DNA of 63,802 nucleotides from Fonticula alba ATCC 38817 (Eukaryota > Protista > Nucleariida): NCBI GenBank assembly GCA_000388065.2, contig KB932204.1; one strand, 5' to 3'. Positions 46,372-59,647 of this stretch are shown one piece after another (position 1 is the first letter of the stretch; every line of letters begins with the position of its first letter). Made by a program: the position numbers and the translations under genes. The notes under the pieces are model-generated. The model worked only from the letters and a program-made list of their open reading frames with translations, had not been told where the DNA came from and searched no databases.

Positions 46372-47086
46372 AAAATGCATGCACTTGCCGAAGAAGCACG
46401 AAGGGGACTTCAGCTTTGGCGTACCATCGGCCGGACGAGCACATCATACACCACCTCATCCGAAGTGCAGACGGCCGTCACGCGGACCGCCTGGACCCCG
46501 TACTCGGTGCTGACCATCTCACAGTCGATGGCCAGCAGGGGGTAGCACACTGGGAAGCGGATAAACCGCTCCGGCGGGACCTCGCCCGGCTGTAGCGGGA
46601 TCTCGCCGACCGGAGAAAAGGGAGCTCCAGTCACATCGGCCCAAAGGAGAGAGGGGGATTCGGCGGAGACACCAGCCGAGGGGGTAATGGCATGGGCCTT
46701 GATATGGACTTGCCGCTGGCCCGGTCGGCCGAGCCACACAAAGGGGATCGGCGGCATGAGGGCCACCTCGGATAGGCTGCGGGCCCGGAAGACATGGGGA
46801 CCGGTGGCACATGGAGGCGAGGTGGAGGACTTCCCACAGCATGGCCGGACCATGTCGAAGTTCATGCGCATCGGCCGGCGGGGGTGATGCCGGCATGCGT
46901 TCGATGAGGGCTGATTGTCTGGGTCATCGGGCGAGAAGGGCATTTGGCACCGGTCACAGGCGCGTTTGGCGGCCAACAGGCGAGTGACTTTGTGTGTGTG
47001 GGTGAAAGAGGAGGAGCAGAGGGAGGACGAAAGGCAGGGAGAGGTAAGTCAAGGACCAAGTCAGACAAGGGGAGCTTTTGTTGATG

Positions 47087-47127
<41 letters not shown>

Positions 47128-47845
47128 ACAGGCCACGCACTGAGATTCTCGCCCTTGGTGAGAATGGTGTTGAGGTAGTCGCAGTCCATGGGGAAGGCAT
47201 TGGACGCCAGGATCAGGTCCGAGTGAGCACGGCCAAGTAGAGCGGCATGATTGATCGACCGGATGTGCCCCGGGAAGAGAGGCCCATTGTGCATGATGGT
47301 GGTGTATGCGGCGCCGAAGCTGCTGCCGGCCATCTCGGGCGGGCTCAAGTAGGAGGTGGGAAAGGTGAGCGCCTGTGGATGGTTGGCCTTTGCGGTGTCG
47401 AGTGGGGCTGCCGCGTCGAAAAGAGCCCCAGCGCAGAGGGTATAGTAGAGCCGGAGGAGGTCCATAGCCTGGCGCGCAGGAACGGTCCCCTGCGAGCGGA
47501 ACCCCCCGAAAACGATGTGGTAGTTGCAAAGCTCCACCAATTGGGCAATTCGCCGAGCGGCGTAGTGGGGCTCGGCATCGGCGATCGATCCGAAGACTGC
47601 CCAATCCACTTCGGGCGACAGGGCATTCGGCCCGGACGCCTGGAGGATGTCGATCAAGGTGACACTACGCTCCTTCCAGGCGGCCAGGCGGGCTGGATCA
47701 TCGAAGGATGTCAGCAAAGACTGGTGCAGGGAGTTTACGACGGCCACCTTGGCCTCGGTGATGTATTCGGAGAGGGGATTGGCCGGGAGGGGCATGACGG
47801 CCTGCAACTAGGGTCAATATGGGAAAGGTGTATGTATGTATCTGT

Positions 47846-47883
<38 letters not shown>

Positions 47884-48018
47884 CTGTATGCAGGTGCCCG
47901 GTTGGACACTTACAGTCAGGTACACCTGTGTGCAGTGATGCACACAGCCATATACACGAAGTCAAGAGGAGGCACGTACCGGGGAAGAGCCCTCCGGGGA
48001 GGTAAACATGGCGTTCAT
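45686..48018 (-). CDS. REXO1: DEDDh 3'-5' RNA exonuclease, REXO1/Rex3-like
   Basis: complement(join(45686..46210,46425..46987,47141..47807,47980..48018)). Cys/His cluster CDRC..CRHHP..CCG..C..HVF. ExoI LAIDCEM, VRP|GRVYDYQTSLSGV, ExoII LIGHSLDSDL, VVDTS, ExoIII GHDSAEDA. The first micro-exon is less certain. Confidence 0.88.
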
Positions 48019-48573
48019 TCTCAACGCAAGAGCACGGAAGGCTCTGGTGTGGAAGAGGCGAAGGACAGGTATTGGGTCGTGAAGAGGAGGCTGGGGCTAA
48101 GAATCGACAATGGCAGGGCAAGGGTGAGGAGGCAGGCAGGCAGGCAGGAGAGAGCATGAACCGCGGGAATGGCCCGAGGGTGGTGCCTGGCTGGAAGCAG
48201 AAGAAGGCACGCCGGGCAGCAGGGACGCGGGCTGGCGATCCGCGGCCCGCAGGGCAGAGGTGGCTATCGGTCGTCCTTGGGGAAGATTGCTGGGTGAGAG
48301 CCGCTTGCGCCGGGCACATGGGCCTGCGGAACGCGGGCCCCCGATCCCCCCCCCCCCCCCCCCCTCCGCCCCATCGCCGAGTCCGCCGCGACCAAACACA
48401 AAGCCTGCCACGCAGGAGCGGGCGAAGTGCCGACGCATCTCAAAGGCGAGGCGATAATGGCATTATTATTAGACTGCCGACGCATGGGCATATACCAATC
48501 CTCGATGGCAGTTTCCCGCGTAATTTTCCCCACTGCACTGCCGCCACTTGGTTTGTGCTTGTCCGGAGGACTC

Positions 48574-48615
<42 letters not shown>

Positions 48616-49239
48616 TCTCTCTTGGGGAAGGGGCAGGCTCTCCTCGCCCCCCCGGGGACTGGAAGCTAGGGGATCAACGGGCGGGAGGAGGCGCGATGGT
48701 GGTGGGGCTCGGAACGCGACAACCGGCTGTTGCTGGCAGGGCATAAAATCTCTGGCGGTTGTGCCCGGTGGCTGTTGGGCATGTGCGCGTGGCCAGCCCC
48801 ACTGCTGGAGGGTGAGCATGCTCACCCTCAACACCACCACACGGGGCTGTCTGCAACCCACGGGAAGTTCCCGGGGGNNNNNNNNNNGGGGGGCTGCTAG
48901 CTCTTCCGAATAGGCTCTAGCGTCCGGCGGTTGGCGCCCAAACGGGTCGGTGGCGGTGGTGGTGGTGACAGCGAAACACATTCACACACACACACACACA
49001 CACGTACGTACACCAGTGTACATTCAAACGGGGGAGGTCAGAGCGCCCCCGCCACGCGAGTGGCATGTCCCTGCGCCACCTCCCTTCCCTTCTCCCTCGT
49101 CCTCGCGCTACCTCCCTCTTTCCCCCCCTGTTTCCCCCTTCATCCTTTCCTTGCCTTCTGTTCCTTCCCCCGCTTGCCCTCTCCCGGGAGGAAGTCTTCC
49201 CTCCCCTTCCGGCTGCGCCCTGCGCCCTGCTGTTGCCGG

Positions 49240-50268
49240 ATGCGCTTCTCGCTTGCCCCTGCGGCGGCCAGGCCGGCCGCTGATGCGCCGTCGGCCAGTG
49301 CTGGCGCCGATCGCAGCGCCATTGACCTGGTCTTCCCGAGCGCTTCGCTCGACTCGGCCGGGCAGATCGAGCTCCTGGCCGATACGGCGGCCCTCCTCAC
49401 CGAGGGCGCCATCGCCAAGCTCCTTCGGACCCCGGCTGACCGGGCGTACTTCTTGGAGTCTCTCTGCCGGCAGGTCAAGCGCTTCTCCACCCCCGGTGCT
49501 GGCTCCTCGATGGTAGGTTCATGTCTTGGCGACCATTTGCCCCAGGTCTTTTGCCTGGCCTCTCTTTTCCACTGGTCGGGAGTGGCCACTCACTCTTTCC
49601 TGTGCTCGCTCCTCCTCCTGTCTCTGTTCCTGTCTCTTGCCCTCTTTCCGCCTGGTACAGGCCACTCTCGATCGGATGCGAGCTCTTCAGAGCCTGCTTA
49701 CCACCGCCACTTGCTTCTTTTACGAGTTCCCGACCGCTTCCATCTACGACGTGGTTCCCTTCATCAAGGCAATTGCGGTACCTCCCTTCTGCCTGCCTGC
49801 CTGCCTGCCACGCGCGCGCACACACACACACACACACATCTCTTTCCGCCATTGGCCTTCATTGTAAATGCCTCCGGCCACCTGACCACGCCATTCCCCT
49901 TTCCCCATGTCCCCCCCCCCCCCGGCGCAGGACATCCCATTCCTCCGGAACATCGACCCGCTGAGCTTCACTTCTCTGGAGGAGGAGCGTGGTGCTGGTG
50001 CCACGGACGCCGGCGGCGCCCTCACCTCCGAGGAGCTGAAGCTGCAGATCCAATTCCGCCTGGCGGCGGTGACTGCTCTGCTGGCCTGCCTGGCTTTGGC
50101 CCGGGCGGCGGATGATATCTCCCATGTCTTCCCCTCGCCGCTGGGCGCGGAGTTTTGCCAACTGGCGGCCACGCTGGAGTCGTTGTCGAACACGTCGTCG
50201 CTCTTTGGCTCGGTCATGCTCGCCTGGGCGGCCATGCTTTGTGTGTTGGTGCGTGTGCCTATCCCCCC

Positions 50269-50304
<36 letters not shown>

Positions 50305-53300
50305 CGCGAAGACTCCTATTGCTTTGTCGTTCGCTGTTCGGACGCACGCACGCACGGACGCACGCACGCACGCATTGGGGAGGATCTCCCGGTGCTGCGT
50401 GCTCTCTGGTCTGGTTTCACGGCTCTGCTGACACACGACCATCCTTCGCTTTCGGCCCATTCTCCAGCACTCAAGTGCCCCGAGCCTGTCGGACCTGGGT
50501 AGCTCGGCGCGTTTTTCCGCATCCGACGACGCACTCGATATCATTGGTTCCTTCGGCGCGGTGGCCGTGCGTTCCTTCGACCAGAACGCCCTGGAGGTCC
50601 TGTGCGAGCTCCTGGAGTCGCCCTATTGCGCCAGCTCCGAGGTATGGACACTTCGCTATTTCACCCTCTTGGCGCCCGGTCCCGGCATCGACTCTAACCA
50701 ATGCCCCCCCCCCCCCCCGCCCCCTCAATGCTCGGGACTCTCCATCAGCCCTATTTCCACATGCAGCGCTCCGTCTCCAAGGGCCTGCTGGACATCCTGC
50801 AGGTGGCCTTTGACCTGAATCAGATCGGTCAGACCCATCACCTTATCCGCCTGCATGAGGCGGTCTTCACCTTCTCGCCGGCCCTGTGCAAGATCTACTG
50901 GGAGCAGGTGGGTTTGCTCTCGCTCTCTTCTCTTTCCGCCGCTCCCCTACCTCTCTCTGGACCTCTCCCGGTCTCCGCTCTTTCCTCTGCATCTACTCAC
51001 CCCTCAAGCGCGCGCGTCGTTTATCCTCCCCCCTCTCTCTCCCCCCCCCCTTTCCCCGGCCTTGCATTTGTGCACAGGACTTCGCCAACCTCAAACTCCA
51101 GTCACTGCTGGTCCTGGCCACGGAGCGCCTTCTCCACCAGGACAATCCGACGTTCTTCCTCCAGGCGCTGGCGGCCCTGTGCGGCCATCACCTGCATGCG
51201 GCCACGGTGACCCGGTTCCTGGCCGAGCCACTGGTCCTGCCCGGCACCCAGGGCGACATCTCCAATGCGCCGGCCGGGTGGCAGTACATTGCGCACTTGC
51301 TGCACCTGACCCATGCCAATCTGGGGGCCATCCAGCCCTGGGTTGGGCCGCTGCTGACGATGCTGCGGCACTGCCTTGCGGCCCCTGGCGACGGCCCGGC
51401 CCATGTGGCCGGACTTCTGGACCGGTACCTGCAGTCGCAGTGTCTGTTGAATATCCTGGTGGACGTGATCAATGTCTTTGTCCGGGGTCTGACGCAGCAC
51501 AGCGGTGTCGGCGGCGGCGGCGGCAGTGTCGGTGTCGGCACGGCCGGCGGCATTTCCCTTGCCGGGGTTCTGACGCAGCAGGTTGACCTCGGGACCCGGG
51601 CGCCGGGGCTGGGCAATCTGTCCGGCATGTCGGTGTTGGGCTTCGGCTCGGCCGGAGGAGACCTCGGCGGGCCGGCCGGGCGCCGGCACCATTACGACAT
51701 CCAGGATGCCCTGGGCACCCTGGCCCGGGCCATTGAATGTGTGGCCCTGCTATTGCCATACTATCCGGATGAGCTGGTCTGGGGCGGGCGCCTGGTGGCG
51801 GCTTCGACGTCGGCTCTGGTGCCGGCCAACCTGCCGGGGCACATCAACCACAAGCTCTTCGAGAAGGAGAGTGTGTATGGGACGTGTGCGCTGGCGCAGG
51901 CGTTCGCGGATTTCACGCTTGCGGTGGCCCGACGGGCGTACGGCCACCCGGGCGGCATGGCCGCCACCCACCCGACGAGCCGGGGCCCCTATGCGCAGGT
52001 GTCTATGGAGTTCACCCGGCGCTTGGCACTCTTCTGTGTCCGGCATCTGTTCATCGGTCATGCCAACTGGCGCTACCAGCGGCCGGCTGATCGGTACTGT
52101 CTGGCCTTCTCGCTCCTCGGCTTGCTGGCCTATTGTCTGACGGTGGCCGAGCCGCCGCCGCCGCCGGCCAGCGGGGCCGCGGCCGCGGCCGGGCCCGGCC
52201 CCGGAGCCGGGGTCTCCAGTGGATCTGCCAACCGGCGCCCGGCTAATACCATTCCCCTGTCCCTGTCGGGCGAGAAGCGCTTGCGACTGGCGTCTTCAAG
52301 CGCCCCGGCTGGCTATGGGCCGGTGATGCTGCAAATCAGCCGGGAGGCCGATGTGGCAGTCCCCGGGACGAGCCGGGCTGTGTCTGCGGCGACGCCCAGC
52401 CTGGCCGAGCTGCTGGCCCAGGATTCCAACCACCGGCCCATCATGGAGCAGGTGGTCAGCTACACGATGTTGAGCTCCCTGGGGAAGGCCGCCGCCGGTG
52501 CTTCCTCTTCCTCTTCCTCCGGCGCCGGAGCCAGCTCTTTCTCGGCGCCGCCGAGCTTCTGCCCGCTGGCGGTGCACCTGCTGGTGGTGGATGCGCCGGA
52601 GCTGGCTCCCTTGGACATGCTGGCGGCCCTGGAGCGGCACAGCCCGGGAGTCGGCACGGCTGCCACGCATGGGGGATTCACCGCCTTGGCCACGGTGTCG
52701 CTGTTGCCGACGGAGCTGGCGCCGGTGGCCTTCCGTGTGTTGACGCTCCTGTGTCAGCGCTTTGCGGCCATGCCGCGGCCGGTGTCGCTGCTGGCATCCT
52801 TCGGCACGCAGCCGCATCGGCTGTGCATGTACATCGCCGCGGTGTTTGCCCTGACCGAGGCCGAGCGGGCTGGCATTCGGGCTCTCACACAGGGGGGCGA
52901 GCGCCTGGACATGAATGCGCAGCCGGCCCCGGCGGTCGGGCCGCGCCAGCTGGCCGGTCGCCTGCAGACCCAGGTGGCGGGATTCCTGTCGGCGGTGCTG
53001 GACTCGCAGCCGGCCCTTGCCAGTCTGTTGCTGACCGGGACCGGGGACACGGTGCCGAACTCCCCGCTGTCGGAGCGCCTTTCGCGTTTGCATTCGGTCG
53101 GAGCGGGCTGCTCGCCGGCGGTGGCTGCTGCGGTGGAGGCGGCCGAGGCGGCGGTGTCTGCGGCGGCCGCGGCCTCTACGGCCACCGCCGAGTCTGAAGT
53201 CTCCGGCGCCTATGCCGAGTCGGTGGCGGCCCTGCGGGCGTCGCCCCTGCCTCCGGTGCATGGTCTCAGTGACATCAGTTGCATTCAGCCACTGGCGCAC

Positions 53301-56300
53301 CATCTTGTGGGCCGGACCATCACGTATGTGCCGGGGCGCACCTGCTCAGTGTTCCGCGTTGCTGGGTATTCCTTCTCGTTGCCTGCTTGTCTGACCTTCC
53401 CTTCCCTTCCCTTCTTCTTCTTCTCTCCCTCCCCCCCCCTCTCTCTCTCTCTCTCTCTTTCTCTCCGTCTTGCCACCCTCCCCCCTCTTCCAACGACAGC
53501 GCACCCACTCGCCAGACAGATTCGGCCGAGGCCTGTCTGCAGTTCTTCGAGCGCCTTTGGTACTCGGCCAACTTCGCCCCGTATGTCAAGTGCATCCGCG
53601 CATATGGCCTCTTCTGGCAGGCGATCGAAATTCTGATCCTGTCGCGCGGCTCGGTCCTGGCCCCGGTGGATGCCTCGATGCTGGCGGCGGGGCCCGAGAG
53701 CTCCGGCTCTCCGGCGGCTGATGATGCGGATGTAGATGCGGATGCCGCTGCGAATGCAGACGCCGACATCGATGTCGACGCCCTGGATGACGAGTCCGCT
53801 TGGGAGGAATGCAACACCCATCTGGATGACAGCTTCCACGACAGTGACTTCTACAGCTCCTCCGAGGACGAGACCGAGACCGGGAATACCATGGCGACCT
53901 TGAGGCGCTCACCGCCGAAGAAGGCCAGCACCCCGGGCCGGCGCCCGGTCTCGGCCGGGCCCCGTGCGCCGGTGGTTCCGCCAACCGTGCCCTCCTCCCT
54001 GCGGCACTCGGTGTCGGTCGATGCGTCTGATGGCATGGCCGAGGCCGATGACAATGCGATCGATCAGCTGGCATCCCTGCTGGAGACGGTGGCCTCGGCG
54101 TCCGACGTCCGGGGCCCGGCTGCGCAGGCTCTGTCGGCGCGTGGGGCCTGTGCTCGGCAGGCGGCCCTGGCCATGGGGATTGTGGCCACCGACCTGCGGC
54201 TGTTCCCTGCCCGGGCCAGCGGCGCCCTGGCATCTGGTGGCATGGGCGACTCGGATGTCGCAGCCATCGAAGCCCACCGCGGGCGCATCCTGGCGCACCT
54301 GCTGGATCTGGATTGGACGCGGACCTGGCTGCAAAATCTGCTAGTGACCCTGGTTCTGGTGGAGAAGGCGCTCAAGTGCCGGACCCCCGGTGGCGCCGGG
54401 ACTGAGCAGTTGTCCACCTTTGCCCAGGCCCTGACCGAGCAGATTGTCTCCTGGGCCGGGCTGCTGGAGACGGCGGTGCTCGGTCAGCCGTGGCTCTTTT
54501 CGGCGGCCCCGGCCTCCAGCAGCTCCACCACGCCGATTGTGGGCCTGATCAACTTGCTGATCGACCTGCTGGAGGAGTGCCCGCTGCTGGGGCACCTCCA
54601 GCTGGGGCTTCTGCCCGAGGCATGGGATTCCCCTCTGGGCCGGGCGCATGCGCAGCACCGGCTGGCGGTGGATCGCCTCCAGCAGACCCTTTACTTCCTG
54701 GTGGATCGGCTCCTGTCCCCGGAGCAGGGCGATCACTTTGACCGTGTGGATGGTCGCTGGCCACTGGCCGGACGCATCCTCCACCGGCTGGCCGGGCTGC
54801 TGGAGGTCATGGCCCCGGTGGGTGTGTCCGGGTGCGGGACTGGGCCGTTGGTCCCGGCCGCGGAGGATGCCCATTGGCTGGCTCCGGTGGCTTCGGACCG
54901 GTGCCCGGCATCCGGCCGCGCGGGTCTCATGTCCCCGGGGCTGGTGCTGGCGGCCGAGGGGGAGCATGGCGGAAGCCCGGTCGAGCTGGCGGCCCCGCAG
55001 GTGCTGGCCTGCTATGGCTCGGTGCTGACCCTCTTCCGGCGGTTGTTGGTGCACCTGTCGACCACTGGTGACAATGGCTCCGGGCCCAGCAGCGGAGCTG
55101 GTGCCGGTGCCAGCGACATGGCGGCCAGCATGCGCGCCGCGGCGGTGCGACTCCTGCCCGGGGTGCTGGTGGCCTTGGGGCTGTTGCTGGCACGGCCGCC
55201 GGTCTCGGTGGATCGGCCGGCCGTCACGGCCGACGGTCAGCCGCTGCTGATGAGCACTCCCGGCTGTGCCGGGTCGCAGTTCCTGCTGCTGCTGCCGCTG
55301 CTGGCGGCTTGTGCCCGGGGGATGGCCACAGCCGGTCCGGAAGCCTGGACCGGCTCGGTCCCGGCGATGGCCGTGGCTCACGCCCACGCCGACCTACTGG
55401 AGCCGCTGCTGGATCTGGCGGCCAAGTCGGTGGCGGAATGTGCCCTGGACTTCGGCCCGCATCATGGGCTGGCGGTGTTTGACTATCTGCTGGCCCTGCT
55501 CTCGGTGCCGGCATCGGTCAGCCCGGACAGCGACAGCAGCCCCCCCACCGGTGCCAGCCAGTGCTCGGCCGAGGGCATCCCCTCGAGGCGGGTGCTGCTG
55601 GCGCCGCTGGAGCGTCTGCTAGCGGCGCGGGTGCTGCCGCAATTGTCGCTGCTGCTGCCGCGCCTGACGGACGCGGTGAACGAGCGCCTTGGTCGCCTGT
55701 GTCAGCTGGTGGATGTGCTTGGGCCCGGTGGCTCGGCGAGCGCCAGCCCGGCCAGCCTGCCCGGCGTGCCGTCGCAGGATCTTTTGCTGTCGGAGGTTGT
55801 GGCCGATGCCTCGGCCGGGACTTGGATCGACGCCCTGCGGACGTTGGTGGATCTGGCGGCCGGCTTGAATGGGCACACATTGACGGCCCTGGCTGTCGGG
55901 GGCCCCCTGGGCTCGGGCTCGGGCTCGAGCCGGGCCGGCTCCTTCACGGAGGCTTTCGAATTCCTGGACCAGATGGTGAGCTTCGTGACGGCCCTCCTGC
56001 CGGCGCTGCAGCAATTCGTCATGCCCCTGTCGCCGATGGACTCCAGGGCGGTGCAGCCCGGGGCGGCGGCCGAGTCGGCCGGGTCGGTGGCTGGCCCCGG
56101 GTCCGTATCCCACATGGATGCCCCTTTGCTGGGGGTGTCCTCCCCGGGGGCTGACAGCCCGCGGCTCATCCGCTCGGAGCTGGCCCTTCGCCGGTCGCAT
56201 GTGGCCTTTGTGTTTGCCTTCGGCAAGATGCTCATGTCCCTGGGACAGGTGTTTTCGCCGGCGGCGCTGGATCCCCGGCTGCAGGCCCGCGCGGCGGGCA

Positions 56301-57928
56301 TCCTGCGCAATGCTGGCAACCTGTGGCTGGAACTGTGCGTGGGCCTGCCGCACCTGGTGCACCAGTGTGCCGTGTTGTTGCGTCTCCCTCGGGCGGCGCT
56401 GGCCAGCATGATTGTGCCCAGCTCGGCCACCGAGCGTTTGGCCCTGCGGTCGGCGGTGGCCATCCCAGGCGGCATTGGGAGCGATTCGGCGGCATCGACA
56501 TCGGCGACCGGCGGCGGGGCTCCCCGTGTGTCCGGCCCGGCGAGCGTGTTGCCTGCCGGTGCGCCGGGGGGCGGTGCCGGTGCCGGTGCCGGTGCCGGTG
56601 CCGGTGGCTCGCGGGATCGGCCGGAGTCGGTGAATGGCAGCCCGGCCGAGGGGGCCACTGTGCCGGATCTGGCTGCGTCGGCCAATTCGGCCGCCGCGCG
56701 CGCGCTGGCCATCCTCTCGCGTGATGCGCAGGCCACGCGGCTGTCCTCGTCGGTGGTGATTTCGCCGCAGTTGCGGCTGCCCGGCGGGTCGACCGGGTCG
56801 ACCGGGCCCGGGGGCACTCTCTCGAGCCCGGCGGGTGGTCCGGCCACGGCATGTGGCGCGGCCTCATCGGCGGTGGGCCGGGCTTCGGGCCGTCTGGCAT
56901 CCGGGTCCGCGGCCTCCCCTGGCAATGAGCTGCAATCTTCGGCCCTGACTGAGACCACTCGGGCGGATGTGCTGTCGTTGCTGGGGCTGTCGGTGGCGGC
57001 CCTGGCGTCGGTGCTGTCCGGGGCTCCGGCTCTGCAGGGGCAGCTGCCTCCCCTGGTGGGAGATGGGGACGCCGGTCCGCTGGGCTTGTCGCTGGATCGG
57101 GCTCGGCTGTTGGTCCGGCACTTTGCCGTGGCTCCCACCTCGCGGGTGGATGCGTCGTTTGCGGTGAACCCCGCGGCACAGGCGGCCTCCCTGGCGGCCG
57201 GCATTGAGCAGCCCTCGCGCGCGGTGGCCTCCCTCGGGACCTTCCTGTTTGCGGCGCGGGTGCTGGCCAACCTGCTGGCCGCTGGGGATCTGAGTTCGTC
57301 GGATTGTTGGTTCTCCCGGCGCCTGTTGGTGAACTTGGGCGTGGCGGCTTCGGCGTCGGTCCCCTCGACTCCGCTGTTTGATGCGACGCCATCGCCGGGG
57401 GCCGGGAGCCCGCCGCGGGCCGTGGCCGCCGCCGCCACTGCCATCGAGCAGCTGACCTTCCTCGGGCTGATGGTGGTGGCCGATGTGAAGTCCGCCGCGC
57501 AGCGTGCCCACCACCAGGCCCTGAGTGCGGCCCTGAGTGCCGGGGCTGCTCCGGGGGGCCCGCTGAATCGGGACCTGCTTTTGTCGTCGTCCTCGTCTTC
57601 GGCCGGGGCCAATGGACAACATGGCGCCGGGGCCTCGATCGCCACCCCGGGCGGGGGGTCCTCCCTGCCCCATCTGGCCTCGGCCACCTCGCTGTATGGC
57701 GAGCCGCCGCCCTTCTCCGTGACGTCGGCTCTGTCTGGGAGCGGCCTGCGTGCGCGGGGGAACTTCCCCCTGTCGACCGGCGGCATCTCGGCTTCGGCCT
57801 CATTGTCCTCCTTCGGCATGAGCCGGTCGGCCCTGCCCGGGGGCCTGGTCCTGCCACCCGAGTGGGTTGTATCCACCGTCGGGCCAGAGGCCGGCATGGA
57901 TCTTGTCGTGCAGCTCCTTTACTACTCG
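49240..57928 (+). CDS. NUP188: Large helical-repeat scaffold nucleoporin, Nup188-like (3' end probably in gap 57984-58698)
   Basis: join(49240..49512,49661..49777,49931..50248,50468..50641,50749..50907,51078..53323,53500..57928>). Segments FTFSPALCKIYWEQ|DF..LQSLL..FFLQALAALCG, FEKESVYG..AQAFADF, NWRYQRPADRY, FLSAVLDSQPALASLLL and CLQFFERLW resemble the Nup188 pattern. Nup205/Nup192 is the main alternative. Confidence 0.65.
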
Positions 57929-58746
57929 GTGCGTTTTTCTTCTCGCCTCCGCCCCTGTCGCTTTCGCTTTCCCCCCTCCGGGGNNNNNNNNNNNNNNNNN
58001 NNNNNNNNNNNNNNNNNNNNNNNNNNNNNNNNNNNNNNNNNNNNNNNNNNNNNNNNNNNNNNNNNNNNNNNNNNNNNNNNNNNNNNNNNNNNNNNNNNNN
58101 NNNNNNNNNNNNNNNNNNNNNNNNNNNNNNNNNNNNNNNNNNNNNNNNNNNNNNNNNNNNNNNNNNNNNNNNNNNNNNNNNNNNNNNNNNNNNNNNNNNN
58201 NNNNNNNNNNNNNNNNNNNNNNNNNNNNNNNNNNNNNNNNNNNNNNNNNNNNNNNNNNNNNNNNNNNNNNNNNNNNNNNNNNNNNNNNNNNNNNNNNNNN
58301 NNNNNNNNNNNNNNNNNNNNNNNNNNNNNNNNNNNNNNNNNNNNNNNNNNNNNNNNNNNNNNNNNNNNNNNNNNNNNNNNNNNNNNNNNNNNNNNNNNNN
58401 NNNNNNNNNNNNNNNNNNNNNNNNNNNNNNNNNNNNNNNNNNNNNNNNNNNNNNNNNNNNNNNNNNNNNNNNNNNNNNNNNNNNNNNNNNNNNNNNNNNN
58501 NNNNNNNNNNNNNNNNNNNNNNNNNNNNNNNNNNNNNNNNNNNNNNNNNNNNNNNNNNNNNNNNNNNNNNNNNNNNNNNNNNNNNNNNNNNNNNNNNNNN
58601 NNNNNNNNNNNNNNNNNNNNNNNNNNNNNNNNNNNNNNNNNNNNNNNNNNNNNNNNNNNNNNNNNNNNNNNNNNNNNNNNNNNNNNNNNNNNNNNNNNTT
58701 CTCGCACACACACATACACGCACGCGAAAAGGCAGACATCAACACA

Positions 58747-58752
58747 TTTATT
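58747..58752 (-). promoter_or_regulatory. Candidate polyadenylation signal AATAAA for UBA5
   Basis: AATAAA on the minus strand about 80 nt after the UBA5 stop codon. Confidence 0.4.
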
Positions 58753-58833
58753 TGCGGAGGCAGGCGTGCGGGCGATATGTCACGCGTACGTGTGTGTGTG
58801 TGTGTGTGTGTGTGTCTAGCCGAAACAAGGGAG

Positions 58834-59442
58834 CTACTGTCGTCCACTCTCGACGATGGTGATATCCCCGTGGAGGGTATCGTCCGGGCCTGATTCAATG
58901 GGCCCTGGGGCGTCAGGTTCGGGGTTCCAGTCATACCGGAAGACATCGTCACCGGTGGCCGTGGCGTCGGCCTGGCGGGCTTGGCAATGGTGATCCATGC
59001 ACTCGGGATTGGGGCGGAACTGGTGTGCCCGCATGGAGTCTTGAAGGCCGTTGTAGCTAACATAGGTGGATATCTGGCCGAACTGCAGAAACAGCCTAAA
59101 GTGTGTGTGTGTGTGTGTGCGTGCGTGTGTGGATGAGCAAGAGGAGGAAACGGAAAAAAAACGCGAGGAGCGGGAGATAGAGAGGTCTGGCGACGAGAAG
59201 CTGCGCACTTGTACGCCAGCTGCACGGCCATCCCAGCAACCAGGGCCGGGGTGGTGGGCACCGAGGCCGCGCACTGGAGGGCCCCGGTGACTGGATCTCG
59301 GCCGAGTGTGTGTTCGTTTTCTTTTTTTTTGTTTTGCGGCGTCTTGTTTTGTGGTCTGTTGGGGGGGGGGGGTGGCTGAGGAGGTCCGGTCTGGGGGGGG
59401 GGGGCGTATGAGCATTGTCAGTGTGGTCGAGGGAGGCAAGCA

Positions 59443-59540
<98 letters not shown>

Positions 59541-59550
59541 NNNNNNNNNN

Positions 59551-59647
<97 letters not shown>

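Noticed and set aside
58730-58893. Putative terminal Nup188 exons overlapping the UBA5 3' end in antisense
   Set aside because: The implied intron would be only 34 nt of (GT)n and the phase cannot be fixed across the gap. The segment is explained more simply as UBA5 3' UTR with an AATAAA signal.
56232-59261. 1009-aa and 731-aa minus-strand ORFs over the Nup188-like gene
   Set aside because: Antisense shadows of a GC-rich coding exon that read through a 715-N gap. Only the first ~18 codons of the 1009-aa ORF are real UBA5 sequence.
59441-59644. PolyQ, polyCys, polyLeu or polyAla proteins from the CAG array
   Set aside because: The array lies between a good donor (59679) and a branch point/acceptor (59391) of UBA5, so it is intronic. 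There is no independent coding context.
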